Below, piece after piece: positions 48,682-58,442 of a DNA stretch of 64,000 nucleotides (positions within the stretch are counted from its first letter, which is position 1; the number at the start of each line of letters is the position of its first letter). The notes beneath the pieces are model-generated. The model had not been told where the DNA came from, searched no databases, and saw only the letters and a program-made list of their open reading frames with translations. The position numbers and the translations under genes are program-made. The DNA is from Spirochaetota bacterium (GTDB lineage: Bacteria; Spirochaetota; UBA4802; UBA5550), in contig JBNKTL010000009.1 of assembly GCA_050298055.1 (NCBI GenBank), forward strand, positions 32,001 to 96,000. The letters are read 5' to 3'.

Positions 48682-49950
48682 TTGATAATGACGACACAGT
48701 ACAAGAGTGAAAGCGGATTAACTGTTCTCCTGGAACCGGTCAATGATGTGGCTTCGATTTCTGCGGGCCTCTGGATCAAGTCCGGTTCCAGAAATGAAAA
48801 CCTGTCCCAGTACGGATATGCCCACTTTGTGGAGCATATGCTCTTCAAGGGAACATCAAACCATACCGCTCTTGACATAGCCAAGGAGATAGACAGGGTC
48901 GGCGGTCAGCACAATGCCGCAACCAACAGGGAATATACCTGTTATTATATAAATGTGGTATCTGATTACCTGGAACTGGCAATCAGGATGCTGGCAGATA
49001 TGTACCATAATTCTCTTTTCGATAAAAAAGAACTCGATAAGGAGAAGAATGTCATTATTGAAGAGATAAGGATGTATGAGGATACGCCTGATGAATTTAT
49101 CCATGATATTTTCATTGAAAACATGTTTACCGGCCATCCTCTCAGCCATCCTATCCTTGGGACCATAGAAGGTATAGATCGTTCAACAAGAGACCTTGTC
49201 TATGGCTTCTATGATCAGCATTACAGGGATGATAACTCTATTTTTGTTATCGCAGGGAGTTTTGATGAGCCCCGGGCAAGGGAGCTTGTTGATACGTATT
49301 TTACAAAAGGAGTAAGAAACGGCAAGCCCTTGGCTGCGTCTGAACCGACCCCGCCTGAGAGAATTTCTGTAAACCATATAGAAAAGAACCTTGAACAGGT
49401 CCACTTTTGTCTCGGCACGGAGGGGATCAAAAGAAGTGACAGCAGGAGGTGGGCCCTCTATTCATTGAGTACCATACTCGGGGGAAATATGTCTTCACGG
49501 CTGTTCCAGAATGTCAGGGAGAATAAAGGAATCTGCTATTCCATTTACTCCTTCCATTCTTCGTACAGTGATTATGGCATATTCGGTATCTACTGCGCGA
49601 CTTCGCCCGATAAGTTTGAAAAAGCAGTGGAACTGATCGTTGATGAGTGCCGGGATGTACTGGAAAAAGGTATTTCGGAGGATGAGCTCCAGGATGCAAA
49701 GACATTCATGAAGGGGAGCCTTGCTCTCAGTTATGAAAGTATTGAAGTGAGAATGGGGCAGCTTGCAAAGAACGAGATGACACATAACAGGATCATAACA
49801 TTTAACGATATGGTCAACGAGATAAGTAAAATAACCCCGGATGATATAAGGGAAATAACAGGGCATATCCTGGAGGATAAGCAGCTGTCAATGGTATCGG
49901 TGGGAAAGTTAAACGGTCTCAACACGGAGAAGCTGAAACTGAGCATATAA
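48682..49950 (+). CDS. M16-family zinc peptidase
   Basis: GSRNE, HFVEHMLFKGT (HxxEH), NAATNRE, LGGNMSSRLFQNVRE. Confidence 0.93.
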   Translation: MIMTTQYKSESGLTVLLEPVNDVASISAGLWIKSGSRNENLSQYGYAHFVEHMLFKGTSNHTALDIAKEIDRVGGQHNAATNREYTCYYINVVSDYLELAIRMLADMYHNSLFDKKELDKEKNVIIEEIRMYEDTPDEFIHDIFIENMFTGHPLSHPILGTIEGIDRSTRDLVYGFYDQHYRDDNSIFVIAGSFDEPRARELVDTYFTKGVRNGKPLAASEPTPPERISVNHIEKNLEQVHFCLGTEGIKRSDSRRWALYSLSTILGGNMSSRLFQNVRENKGICYSIYSFHSSYSDYGIFGIYCATSPDKFEKAVELIVDECRDVLEKGISEDELQDAKTFMKGSLALSYESIEVRMGQLAKNEMTHNRIITFNDMVNEISKITPDDIREITGHILEDKQLSMVSVGKLNGLNTEKLKLSI

Positions 49951-50052
49951 ATATTATTTTTTTCATGAAAAAATGTCAGTAAAGTTTTTTTTCCGCCGAA
50001 GGCGGGAAAAACAGGACAAAAAACTGTTTATTCCCGCAAATTAATTAATTAT
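49948..50052. repeat. Short-palindrome intergenic repeat (type 2), copy 2; may act as terminator
   Basis: ttttttccgcc-gaa-ggcgggaaaaa core (about 49985-50011) with flanks resembling 13150-13260. Confidence 0.5.
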
Positions 50053-50112
50053 TTTCTTCTTGAAATTTTTAAGGGTAATAGAGATAAAAGCATTCTACGA
50101 AGAGGTATTAAT

Positions 50113-50517
50113 ATGGCCAACAAGGCAGAAAATATTAACAGTACCATTGGTGCAGGGTCATCTTTCGAAGGAAAATTCTATATTCATGGTTCTCTCAGAA
50201 TAGATGGAAAATTCGAAGGAGAGATTAAAACCGAAAATGAACTTGTTGTAGGCGAAACCGGCAGGGTAAAGACTGATATTTTCGCGCGGTCAGTGGTAAT
50301 TGCGGGGACTGTCATTGGAAATATCAATGCAGTTGAAGAGGTTCGTTTGCTTGAAACGGCAAAGGTGCTTGGCGATATCAATACCCCCATTCTGACTATA
50401 CAGAACGGTGTTGTTGCAAAAGGAACCATCAACCTCACCGGAAAGCAGGGAAAAGACGCTGAAAGGGTAATAGAGGATTCATATAGCGGTGTGCAGGCAA
50501 AACAGCAAAAGCAGTAG
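50113..50517 (+). CDS. Bactofilin (polymer-forming cytoskeletal protein)
   Basis: STIGAG..FEG, LRIDGKFEGEI, VVIAGTVIGNI, VLGDI. Confidence 0.92.
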   Translation: MANKAENINSTIGAGSSFEGKFYIHGSLRIDGKFEGEIKTENELVVGETGRVKTDIFARSVVIAGTVIGNINAVEEVRLLETAKVLGDINTPILTIQNGVVAKGTINLTGKQGKDAERVIEDSYSGVQAKQQKQ

Positions 50518-50635
50518 ATAGATTTCATCAATTAAACCGGTATTAATTTTATTGATTAATACCATTCTAAAAGCCGAAAGATTAAAAAAAGAGGCCCCGG
50601 CCTTAATAATAGTGTGAGCAGAAGATGATATCTTA

Positions 50636-51697
50636 ATGAAGAACAGGTTTTCTAACAACTTTAGTCTGGGTAAACTCAATGTTACACTCTTCCCGGGTGA
50701 AATAATAGTTGTCTATTCGGGCAAGAAGAGGGTTTTCGTTAAGTCGATTCCGCGAAAATTAACCCCTGGCAGGAAAAAACCTCTCTTTGCAGCTGCGATA
50801 ATTCTCCTTTCACTTGTCATTTTCAAATCGATTCCCTCCTCCAGTTCATCTGCTGATGCCCGGAAGATATCAACTGAAGAGAATTCCGAAAAGGAAACAG
50901 AGACTGATTCGGATGAGGAGATGAAGAACAGGCTCCTTTCTTCCCGGGATACGGATTATTCCGAAGAGAAGGAATCCAATGAATTCACGGTTTATGAACA
51001 CAGGGTCATGAAGGGTGAAGTCCTGAGCGAAATAGCCAAGAAATACGGTGTTTCCATGGACACCATCTGCGGAAGTAACAGCCTCCAGTCATACGACCTG
51101 ATAAATGAAGGAGCACTTCTGAAAATTCCCAGCAGGGATGGAATTCTCTACAGGATGAAAAAGGGTAAAGACATTGCCTCAATTGCCAAAAAATACAAGG
51201 TTGAACTTGGAAAAATCCTTACGGCAAATTATCTGAAAAATCCCGATTTCATCCCCGTGGGAACTACGGTCTTTATTCCGGATGCGCGCCCGCAGAATAT
51301 TTTTCCCGGATTTCTCTGGCCTACGGTTGCCCGGGTGATCACATGCGGTTACGGGTGGAGAAGGAATCCCTTCAACAGGAAGCGGAGAGAGTTTCACCAG
51401 GGGATGGATATCAGGGCACGGTATGAGCGTGTGAGGTCAACAAAATTCGGAAAAATAACCTATGCCGGCTGGCTCGGCGGTTACGGGAAGGTTATCATTG
51501 TTGCCCATCCCGGGAGAATAAAGTCCCTCTACGCGCACCTCTCGAAGATATATGTGAGAAGAGGCCAGTATGTGAAACAGGGACAGTTTATCGGCAGGAC
51601 CGGCAACACAGGAAGGTCAACGGGCGCCCACCTTCATCTTGAGATCATCAGGAACGGAAGACCGATAAATCCCTTTATCTACCTGAGAAGAAGATAA
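50636..51697 (+). CDS. Double-LysM M23 metallopeptidase
   Basis: Two LysM domains, FHQGMDI (HxxxD), YAHL, STGAHLHLE; follows bactofilin. Confidence 0.92.
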   Translation: MKNRFSNNFSLGKLNVTLFPGEIIVVYSGKKRVFVKSIPRKLTPGRKKPLFAAAIILLSLVIFKSIPSSSSSADARKISTEENSEKETETDSDEEMKNRLLSSRDTDYSEEKESNEFTVYEHRVMKGEVLSEIAKKYGVSMDTICGSNSLQSYDLINEGALLKIPSRDGILYRMKKGKDIASIAKKYKVELGKILTANYLKNPDFIPVGTTVFIPDARPQNIFPGFLWPTVARVITCGYGWRRNPFNRKRREFHQGMDIRARYERVRSTKFGKITYAGWLGGYGKVIIVAHPGRIKSLYAHLSKIYVRRGQYVKQGQFIGRTGNTGRSTGAHLHLEIIRNGRPINPFIYLRRR

Positions 51698-51821
51698 AAG
51701 AGTATCCCCTAAACCCCCCTCAATATGTTTTAAAAAAATGTATTGACTCAGATCCATTCTGAAAATATTACCCAAAGGGTAATCAGATATAATTATCTTT
51801 TGCTGATACCTGGAGAACGAG

Positions 51822-53900
51822 ATGATCAAAGATGCGAACTTTTTATGTGAAATAGGCACCGAGGAGATCCCTGCCGGTTATATTCCCCCGGCCATGAGTG
51901 CTATTAAGGATATCCTGAGCAGCAAATTAAAGGAAAGCCGTATTGAATATGCCGATATTGAATTGTTTGCAACACCCAGAAGAATCGCGATCTTCATCTC
52001 TCATCTCTCTGACAGGCAGCTGGAAGAAGAGGTCGAGATCAAAGGACCTTCGGTAAAGGCGGCATATGACACAGATAAAAAACCGACCAGGGCGTTAGAG
52101 GGGTTCCTTAAGGGGAACAGTGTTGATTTAAAGGACACCTTTACCGTTGACACTGATAAGGGTGAGTATGTCTACGCCAGGAAAAAACTGGAATCCAGCG
52201 ATACAATTGATATTATTCCGGAGCTGATTGATCATGTGGTAAAGGAGATCCCCTTTCCCAAGCAGATGAAGTGGAGCAATAAGGGGATACTCTTCCCCCG
52301 GCCCATAAGATATTTTCTGGTTCTTTTTAATGACAGGGTTGTGGAATACGAGATGGATGGGATAAAGGCATCCGACAAGACCCGGGGCCACTATATCCAG
52401 CATGATGAGATGCTGGATATAAAAAAGATCTCTGATTATGAAAAGATACTGGAGAAGAACGGTGTCATTATCGATCAGAAAAAGAGGAAAGAACTTATAT
52501 CCGGTGAACTGAAGAAGGCTGCCGAGGGTGTTGGAGGAGTACTCATTGAGGACGAAGAACTCCTTGATACGGTCACCTTTCTTGTTGAAAATCCCCACAT
52601 CGCGGTCTGTGAGTTCAACAGCGATTTCCTCAGGATACCTGATATCGTCCTTATCGCCGAAATGAAGGAACATCAGAAGTACTTCTCTGTTGCCGATAAG
52701 AACGGCAAACTGACCAGGTACTTCCTTGTGACATCCAATAATCCTGTTAATGAAAATGTAAAGACGGGAAATGTGCGGGTCATAACCGCCCGGTTCAATG
52801 ACGCGGGCTTTTTCTATGACGAAGACAGTAAACTGAAGCTTGAGGAAAGGGTTGAGTCCCTTAAAAGTGTCCTGTTTCACAAGGACCTTGGTTCAATATA
52901 CGATAAGGTTATCCGGATGCAGGAAGTCGCGGGGGCCATTATCCATGAACTTGGACTTGATGCGGATAAGGCCGGAAAAATTGAACGGGCCATTCTCCTT
53001 TCAAAAACAGATCTTGTAACATCAATGGTTATTGAGTTTCCTTCCCTGCAGGGGAAGGTTGGCAGGATATACGCCCTCAATGACGGCGAGGAGAGCGAGG
53101 TTGCCGGGGCAATAAATGAACACTATAAACCGAGATCCCAGGACGATGAGAATCCCACCAGTATGGTCTCCATTGTTGTTTCCCTCTCTGAGAAGATCGA
53201 TAACATCTTCGGGTCGTTTTCCGTGGGGAACATTCCAAAGGGTTCACAGGACCCCTATGCCCTGAGAAGGCAGGCCAATGCAATTGCGGATATTCTCATA
53301 AGCGGTAATATCAATCTTGAACTGAAGCAGGTCCTTGAAAAAGTCGCGGAAAAATATAAAAACGGTCCCGGCCTTGTTGATCAGATCATCGATTTTCTTT
53401 CCGCAAGGGTAAAGACGATATTCGCGGACCGCGGTCTCCGGTATGACGAGATCGATGCCTGCCTCTCAACAGAGAGTACCGATTATACGGAGTTATTCAG
53501 GGTTGCGAAGAGCCTTAACGAATTCAGAAAGAAAGAAAAGTTTTCTGAAATGCTTCTCGGTTTTAAACGAATGAACAATATTGTTACCCAGTTCAGGAAG
53601 AAGAATGATAATTACAGCCTGAAATTTGATGAATCAAAGCTTGTGGAGAAAGAGGAGAAAGATCTCTATGCCTTCTTCAGGGAAAGAAGGAGTGATATTG
53701 ACAGCTATATCAGCAGGAGCAGCTATATTGAACTCTTCAATTTTATTATTGAAGGGAAGAACCTCATTGACAGTTTCTTTGACAAGGTGCTTGTTATGGA
53801 TAAGGATACGGCCATCAGGGACAACAGGATCTCCCTGATTGAGGATATCCTGGGGAATTTTACCGGTATTATGGACTTTTCAAAGATATCGGACAGTTGA
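51822..53900 (+). CDS. glyS: Glycine-tRNA ligase beta subunit
   Basis: EIGTEEIP, TPRR, FPRPIR, EFPSLQG, GSQDPYALRR, FFDKVLVM, NRI. Confidence 0.95.
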   Translation: MIKDANFLCEIGTEEIPAGYIPPAMSAIKDILSSKLKESRIEYADIELFATPRRIAIFISHLSDRQLEEEVEIKGPSVKAAYDTDKKPTRALEGFLKGNSVDLKDTFTVDTDKGEYVYARKKLESSDTIDIIPELIDHVVKEIPFPKQMKWSNKGILFPRPIRYFLVLFNDRVVEYEMDGIKASDKTRGHYIQHDEMLDIKKISDYEKILEKNGVIIDQKKRKELISGELKKAAEGVGGVLIEDEELLDTVTFLVENPHIAVCEFNSDFLRIPDIVLIAEMKEHQKYFSVADKNGKLTRYFLVTSNNPVNENVKTGNVRVITARFNDAGFFYDEDSKLKLEERVESLKSVLFHKDLGSIYDKVIRMQEVAGAIIHELGLDADKAGKIERAILLSKTDLVTSMVIEFPSLQGKVGRIYALNDGEESEVAGAINEHYKPRSQDDENPTSMVSIVVSLSEKIDNIFGSFSVGNIPKGSQDPYALRRQANAIADILISGNINLELKQVLEKVAEKYKNGPGLVDQIIDFLSARVKTIFADRGLRYDEIDACLSTESTDYTELFRVAKSLNEFRKKEKFSEMLLGFKRMNNIVTQFRKKNDNYSLKFDESKLVEKEEKDLYAFFRERRSDIDSYISRSSYIELFNFIIEGKNLIDSFFDKVLVMDKDTAIRDNRISLIEDILGNFTGIMDFSKISDS

Positions 53901-53924
53901 TATTTTTTCCTGTTAAAACAGGGA

Positions 53925-54698
53925 TCATTTCTTTTTTAGCGGTTTCTTTTTCTTTGCAGGAGGGTTTTTCCCCGGTTTGGAAGTCCCGGCTTTAGCCGTT
54001 GATTTCTTACTCCCGGCAGGTTTTTTCCGGGAGAACATTTCCATTGCTCCATCTTCAATCCTGTACGCTCTGTCAGAAATTTCCACAAGGTGGGTCTCAT
54101 GGGTAGCCAGCACCGTTGTTATCCCCCTCTCCTCTTTTAAGCGAATAAAAAGATCAATAATATCTTTCGTAGTCTCATCATCCAGGTTACCGGTGGGTTC
54201 GTCCGCAAGTATGAGAAGGGGATTGTTTATGATTGCCCGTGCAATGGCAACTCTCTGCCTTTCTCCGCCGGAGAGGGTTGCGGGATACTGGTTGATGATG
54301 TTCCCGATTTTAAGAAAATCAACAAGTTCAGCAATTTCACCGTTAATGTTTTTTGAAGTAAACGGGTTCAGGATTGCCGGGTAGAGGATATTCTCATAGG
54401 CTGTGAGTTCGGGAAAAAGACTGAAAAACTGGAACACAAAACCCATCTTCCTGTTCCTGAAACGGGACCTTTTCATATCTCCCCACCTGAATATATTCTG
54501 GCCCTGGAAACGGACACTGCCGTCATCCGGTTTCAGGAGTCCCGATATGATACCGAGCAGGGTGGATTTCCCGGTGCCCGATTTTCCGGTTATGGCGACA
54601 ATTTTACCCGGTTCTATATCAAGGTTTATTCCGTGAAGAATGTTCCTGTCTCCGAATGAGACACGGATGTTTTCAAGTTGTACAAGAGGTTTATTCAT
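53925..54698 (-). CDS. LolD/MacB-type ABC transporter ATP-binding protein
   Basis: [37 protein letters not shown]. Confidence 0.93.
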   Translation of the reverse strand: MNKPLVQLENIRVSFGDRNILHGINLDIEPGKIVAITGKSGTGKSTLLGIISGLLKPDDGSVRFQGQNIFRWGDMKRSRFRNRKMGFVFQFFSLFPELTAYENILYPAILNPFTSKNINGEIAELVDFLKIGNIINQYPATLSGGERQRVAIARAIINNPLLILADEPTGNLDDETTKDIIDLFIRLKEERGITTVLATHETHLVEISDRAYRIEDGAMEMFSRKKPAGSKKSTAKAGTSKPGKNPPAKKKKPLKKK

Positions 54699-54709
54699 TG
54701 TTTCACTTC

Positions 54710-56005
54710 TCAGCTTGTCTTTTTTACCGCCTTGAAGAGGCTCATGTTTGACGCAAAGAGAGCGGGAATAAATGCCGAAAGCGATGAAATCGAAACAGAG
54801 AGAAGAACGGCTTTGAGCAGAAGGTCGATTCCCGCGGGTTTGAATGTAAGGCCTTTAAGAACGGGTATCCACGATGAGAGGTTCCCGGTCATATAGCCCG
54901 TGAGATAGTTCCCCGCATAGAATCCTATAACGCCGTACAGGGCCCCGATCAGGGCTGCTTCCAGAATGAAGAGAAAGACAATCCTTATTTTTGAAACTCC
55001 GATGACCCTTTTAAGAGAAAATCCGTAACTCCTGTTATGCACGATTATCAGGTATGAGTTGAATATGGCGATAACCGTTAAGAGAAGGACCACTGCGACG
55101 ATCAAGAGGGAGAGGCCGTCGACGATTTCCAGAGCCCTGTTGGTCTTTCTTGAAATGTCCGCCTGGGACTCAATCTTCAGGTTCATCTTTTTTAATTTTG
55201 CTGTCAGAGAAGGAAGCAGTTTGATATCCTTTACCCGGGCAAAAAGCCGGACATAGGAGTACCCCTTTTTATATTTTCCCGTGTCCTGGCTGTGCGCCCG
55301 GGTAAATTTTGAAATAAAGGTATTGGGAACAAGGATCCCTGTAAAATTTAGAGCTGAAGTAAAGGAGTGAAGTTTGGCAGGGAGTACGTATTTCTTCTCC
55401 ACATCGGAATAATAATTGGTTGTGACAATCTGCAGTTTTCCGGGAAACCCTATCAACATCTTTTCATTAAACTGCGGCAGGCCCCTTACCGAGGTAAACT
55501 GGTTCAGAATAGCCAGTGACATCCGGGGAAGAATCACGGGAAGCACCGGAGTGTTCCTGAATTCTTTCCATCTTCTTTCCTTTCCCCTGAAAAATCCCGT
55601 ATCGATTCCAAAAACAGGAACATGCTGTTTTTTCTTCTTTCCCAGGAATTCAGCCTTGACTTTGACCTCATAGTTAAGCCGGGTAAGACCGTAAACATGG
55701 GAAAATTCCTTTAATTTTCGGATCATGACCACTTTCCAGGGAGGAATGGCGTTGCTTTTACTTGCTATTGTGGAGAATGTTTCACTCCCACTTTGTGTCC
55801 GGGGATAGATTGTTATCTCATTAATTGCCATTGTTCCGAAAAGTTTCTTTCCGATATATTCCTTCACGGAACTTCTCAGGGAGAGATAGAGAACAAGAAA
55901 CGAGATAAGAAAGAGTATCCCGAAGCTTGAAACCAGTGCCTTCAGGATATTCTTGGACATATCTTTTAAGGTGAATTTGAGATTACGGGTAAAGTATCTA
56001 AACAT
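54710..56005 (-). CDS. FtsX/MacB-like ABC permease
   Basis: One N-terminal TM, large periplasmic loop, three C-terminal TMs, FILEAALIG. Confidence 0.85.
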   Translation of the reverse strand: MFRYFTRNLKFTLKDMSKNILKALVSSFGILFLISFLVLYLSLRSSVKEYIGKKLFGTMAINEITIYPRTQSGSETFSTIASKSNAIPPWKVVMIRKLKEFSHVYGLTRLNYEVKVKAEFLGKKKKQHVPVFGIDTGFFRGKERRWKEFRNTPVLPVILPRMSLAILNQFTSVRGLPQFNEKMLIGFPGKLQIVTTNYYSDVEKKYVLPAKLHSFTSALNFTGILVPNTFISKFTRAHSQDTGKYKKGYSYVRLFARVKDIKLLPSLTAKLKKMNLKIESQADISRKTNRALEIVDGLSLLIVAVVLLLTVIAIFNSYLIIVHNRSYGFSLKRVIGVSKIRIVFLFILEAALIGALYGVIGFYAGNYLTGYMTGNLSSWIPVLKGLTFKPAGIDLLLKAVLLSVSISSLSAFIPALFASNMSLFKAVKKTS

Positions 56006-56205
56006 ATCGCGTTATTTTACAGATTTTAATAATGAACTCCCGATTATAATAATTAATGGTATATTTACAATAAGGTTCTTTACGTCAACAAATTGTTTTA
56101 ATAATGTCTTCCTACAATAGGTTACATATATTTTATAGAGGAATGATATTAATTACCAGTACATTTTGTAACTGCTGAGTTTGAGAAGAAATATGACTAC
56201 TCTTC

Positions 56206-56342
56206 GTAACTCAGTTATATATAAGAATAATCATATTCAATAAAAAAGATAACTGATATGTCCCCGCCGCGGTCGGCGGCGGGGACATATTCTTGATATT
56301 ATAGTAAATAGGTTGATTATAACCATATAGCTGAATAGTAAC
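56206..56342. mobile_element. Copy D of ~135 bp palindromic MITE-like repeat
   Basis: gtaactcagttatat ... atatgtccccgccgc-ggtcg-gcggcggggacatat (56256-56290) ... atatagctgaatagtaac; GTAAC at both ends. Confidence 0.85.
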
Positions 56343-56486
56343 TATTCTCAAATTAAGCCGGAGTGGTTACTAATTTTTTAACTTTTTTAATTCTCTGTTG
56401 TCGGTATATTCAAAAAGGGAACTGTTTTTCTTCTTTAATAAAGTAAAAGGTAAAAGGAGTCATCTTTTACATATGAGGGAAGTAAC

Positions 56487-57380
56487 ATGAAAATATGTAA
56501 TACAATAATATTATTTTTTTTAATTTTATTACCTGCTGAAAAGATTAAAGATCTCACTGCCGCGGAGGGGACCTCTGAAGAGAGTGTTGAACTGAAATGG
56601 ATACCTGGTAAGGATAGGAGAGAAATTGCTGTTTACCGGTCAACTTTAAAAGAAGGCCCCTATGAAGAACTGGGTATTACCGACGGGAATGTATACATCG
56701 ACAGATCTGCAATTCCCGGCATCGTCTACTGGTACAGGATTCTCCCCCTGGATGAAGGATCTCCACTGGAATTGAGTCCCCCGGTATCGGGGTATCGGAA
56801 AACCCTCCCTGTTAAAGGTGAGAAGCTTGAGAGCATCCTGAAAAAAAAAGTGAGAAAACATCCTGTGGTTCGCGACAAAAAGGAGAAGGCACTTATTGCA
56901 AAATTCAATAAACTCCTGTTGAAATTTTATACAAATAATGTAAAGCTCTCTATTATCATGGCCGTTGGGAAACACTATATTAAAAAGGGAGATCTCATCC
57001 TGTTAAATGATTTTGATGAATATATTTTCGATTATCCCGAAAGAATGTCCTATTTTATAAAAAAGGGAAAGTACAGGGTCAAATACTACTCGAAAAAGTT
57101 TTCGAAACTGATGCTGCATAGCAGAAGGCTGGACCCCGCTAAGAACAGGCTCTCTCAAAGGCTCTTTAAAAACAGCCTTGTTTTCTGCATCGATACCGGT
57201 GAGACGAAAGTCATGGATGAAGATGATGTTGAAAGAGTTGTGAAAACATACGAAGCTGTGGGAGTATCAACAGAGTATTACCGCGATAGTCATGACTGGC
57301 GTTTCAGGACAATTCTCACAGGTTCAAGTAACAATAAAATTAAAAAGATGATGAAGGACGCGCAGAAAAGGAAAAGGTGA
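56487..57380 (+). CDS. Exported hypothetical protein with N-terminal FN3-like domain
   Basis: Signal peptide; VELKW..VYRS..GPY..YID..PG..YWYRI pattern. Confidence 0.7.
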   Translation: MKICNTIILFFLILLPAEKIKDLTAAEGTSEESVELKWIPGKDRREIAVYRSTLKEGPYEELGITDGNVYIDRSAIPGIVYWYRILPLDEGSPLELSPPVSGYRKTLPVKGEKLESILKKKVRKHPVVRDKKEKALIAKFNKLLLKFYTNNVKLSIIMAVGKHYIKKGDLILLNDFDEYIFDYPERMSYFIKKGKYRVKYYSKKFSKLMLHSRRLDPAKNRLSQRLFKNSLVFCIDTGETKVMDEDDVERVVKTYEAVGVSTEYYRDSHDWRFRTILTGSSNNKIKKMMKDAQKRKR

Positions 57381-58442
57381 ATGAAGACTCAAATAAAATT
57401 TATTCTCTCTGTGATGCTGGTTGCTGTTTTCACAACCGGGTGCAGCTATCTCCAGAAGAGTATCGACAGGGCCGGCATCAGGGATATTTCCGAAAAGATC
57501 ATGAATGATTTTCATCCCGGAAAGCCCCGGGAATTGCAGGAGCTGGTTGAATCCCTGGATATATCCTCTTACACTCAACCTGAAAAAAATGTAAAATTCA
57601 AACGTACACCCCTGAAAAAGTGGAGCATGAACCCCGGTCCGGGCAGAGAAATAATCGAGGAAAAGATCGAGTTCCCCGCGTATGTTACGATTAAGGGGAG
57701 TAACAGTAACGCGGTATTCTATATCTACAGGAGGAAGAGTTTAAAGAACAGGAATGTCATACTCTGGATCCCGGGAATGGGTGTATCGGATTTTGCTTTC
57801 AGGTTTATAAAAAAGTTCTTTAAAGAGGAACTCTCAAGAGATTATGATATTGTTTTCTATAATATTCCCTATCACCTTGAGAGAAAAAAACCGGGCGGGG
57901 GAAACGGAGACGGATTTATGACCTCCGATAATTCAAGGAATATCAGGCTCTTCATTAACAGTGTCAGGGAAGTGAGAACGGCTGTTCGTTATCTTAAAAA
58001 TGAGGGAGTAAAATCCATAGGAGGATGGGGGGGGTCCATAGGAGCAACGATACTTCTCCTCTCGTCAACGGTTGAAAAATATGATCATCTCACGGTTATG
58101 ATCCCGGTACTTGATCTCAATCTCCTGGCCCTGGATAACCGTTATATGCAGAATGTCGTACGCAGGATGAAAAAGAGCGGATACAGTGAAAATGAGATGA
58201 GAAAGGCCTACAGGATTGTAAGCCCTGTTAATTATCCCCTTAGTGTTGCTCCTGAAAGGGTGCTGATCCTCTATGCGGAATATGACCAGTTTACACCTCC
58301 TGACCTTATCAGGGAATACGCGCGGAATAATAAAGTCAAAAAAATCCTGGGTTACAGAAGGAGCCATTCGACAATTCTGCTGACATCGGATATGTACAGT
58401 GATTACGGACGGTTTCTCGACTCCTTAAACAGCAATCAGTAG
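57381..58442 (+). CDS. Alpha/beta-hydrolase lipoprotein
   Basis: Lipobox TTGC, WIPG, GGSIG nucleophile elbow, YDQF Asp, RSH His. Confidence 0.8.
   Translation: MKTQIKFILSVMLVAVFTTGCSYLQKSIDRAGIRDISEKIMNDFHPGKPRELQELVESLDISSYTQPEKNVKFKRTPLKKWSMNPGPGREIIEEKIEFPAYVTIKGSNSNAVFYIYRRKSLKNRNVILWIPGMGVSDFAFRFIKKFFKEELSRDYDIVFYNIPYHLERKKPGGGNGDGFMTSDNSRNIRLFINSVREVRTAVRYLKNEGVKSIGGWGGSIGATILLLSSTVEKYDHLTVMIPVLDLNLLALDNRYMQNVVRRMKKSGYSENEMRKAYRIVSPVNYPLSVAPERVLILYAEYDQFTPPDLIREYARNNKVKKILGYRRSHSTILLTSDMYSDYGRFLDSLNSNQ

Noticed and set aside
51698..51821. T-box or glycine riboswitch upstream of glyS
   Set aside because: The spacer is too short and lacks the T-box motif; only a small attaccc-aaa-gggtaat hairpin is present.
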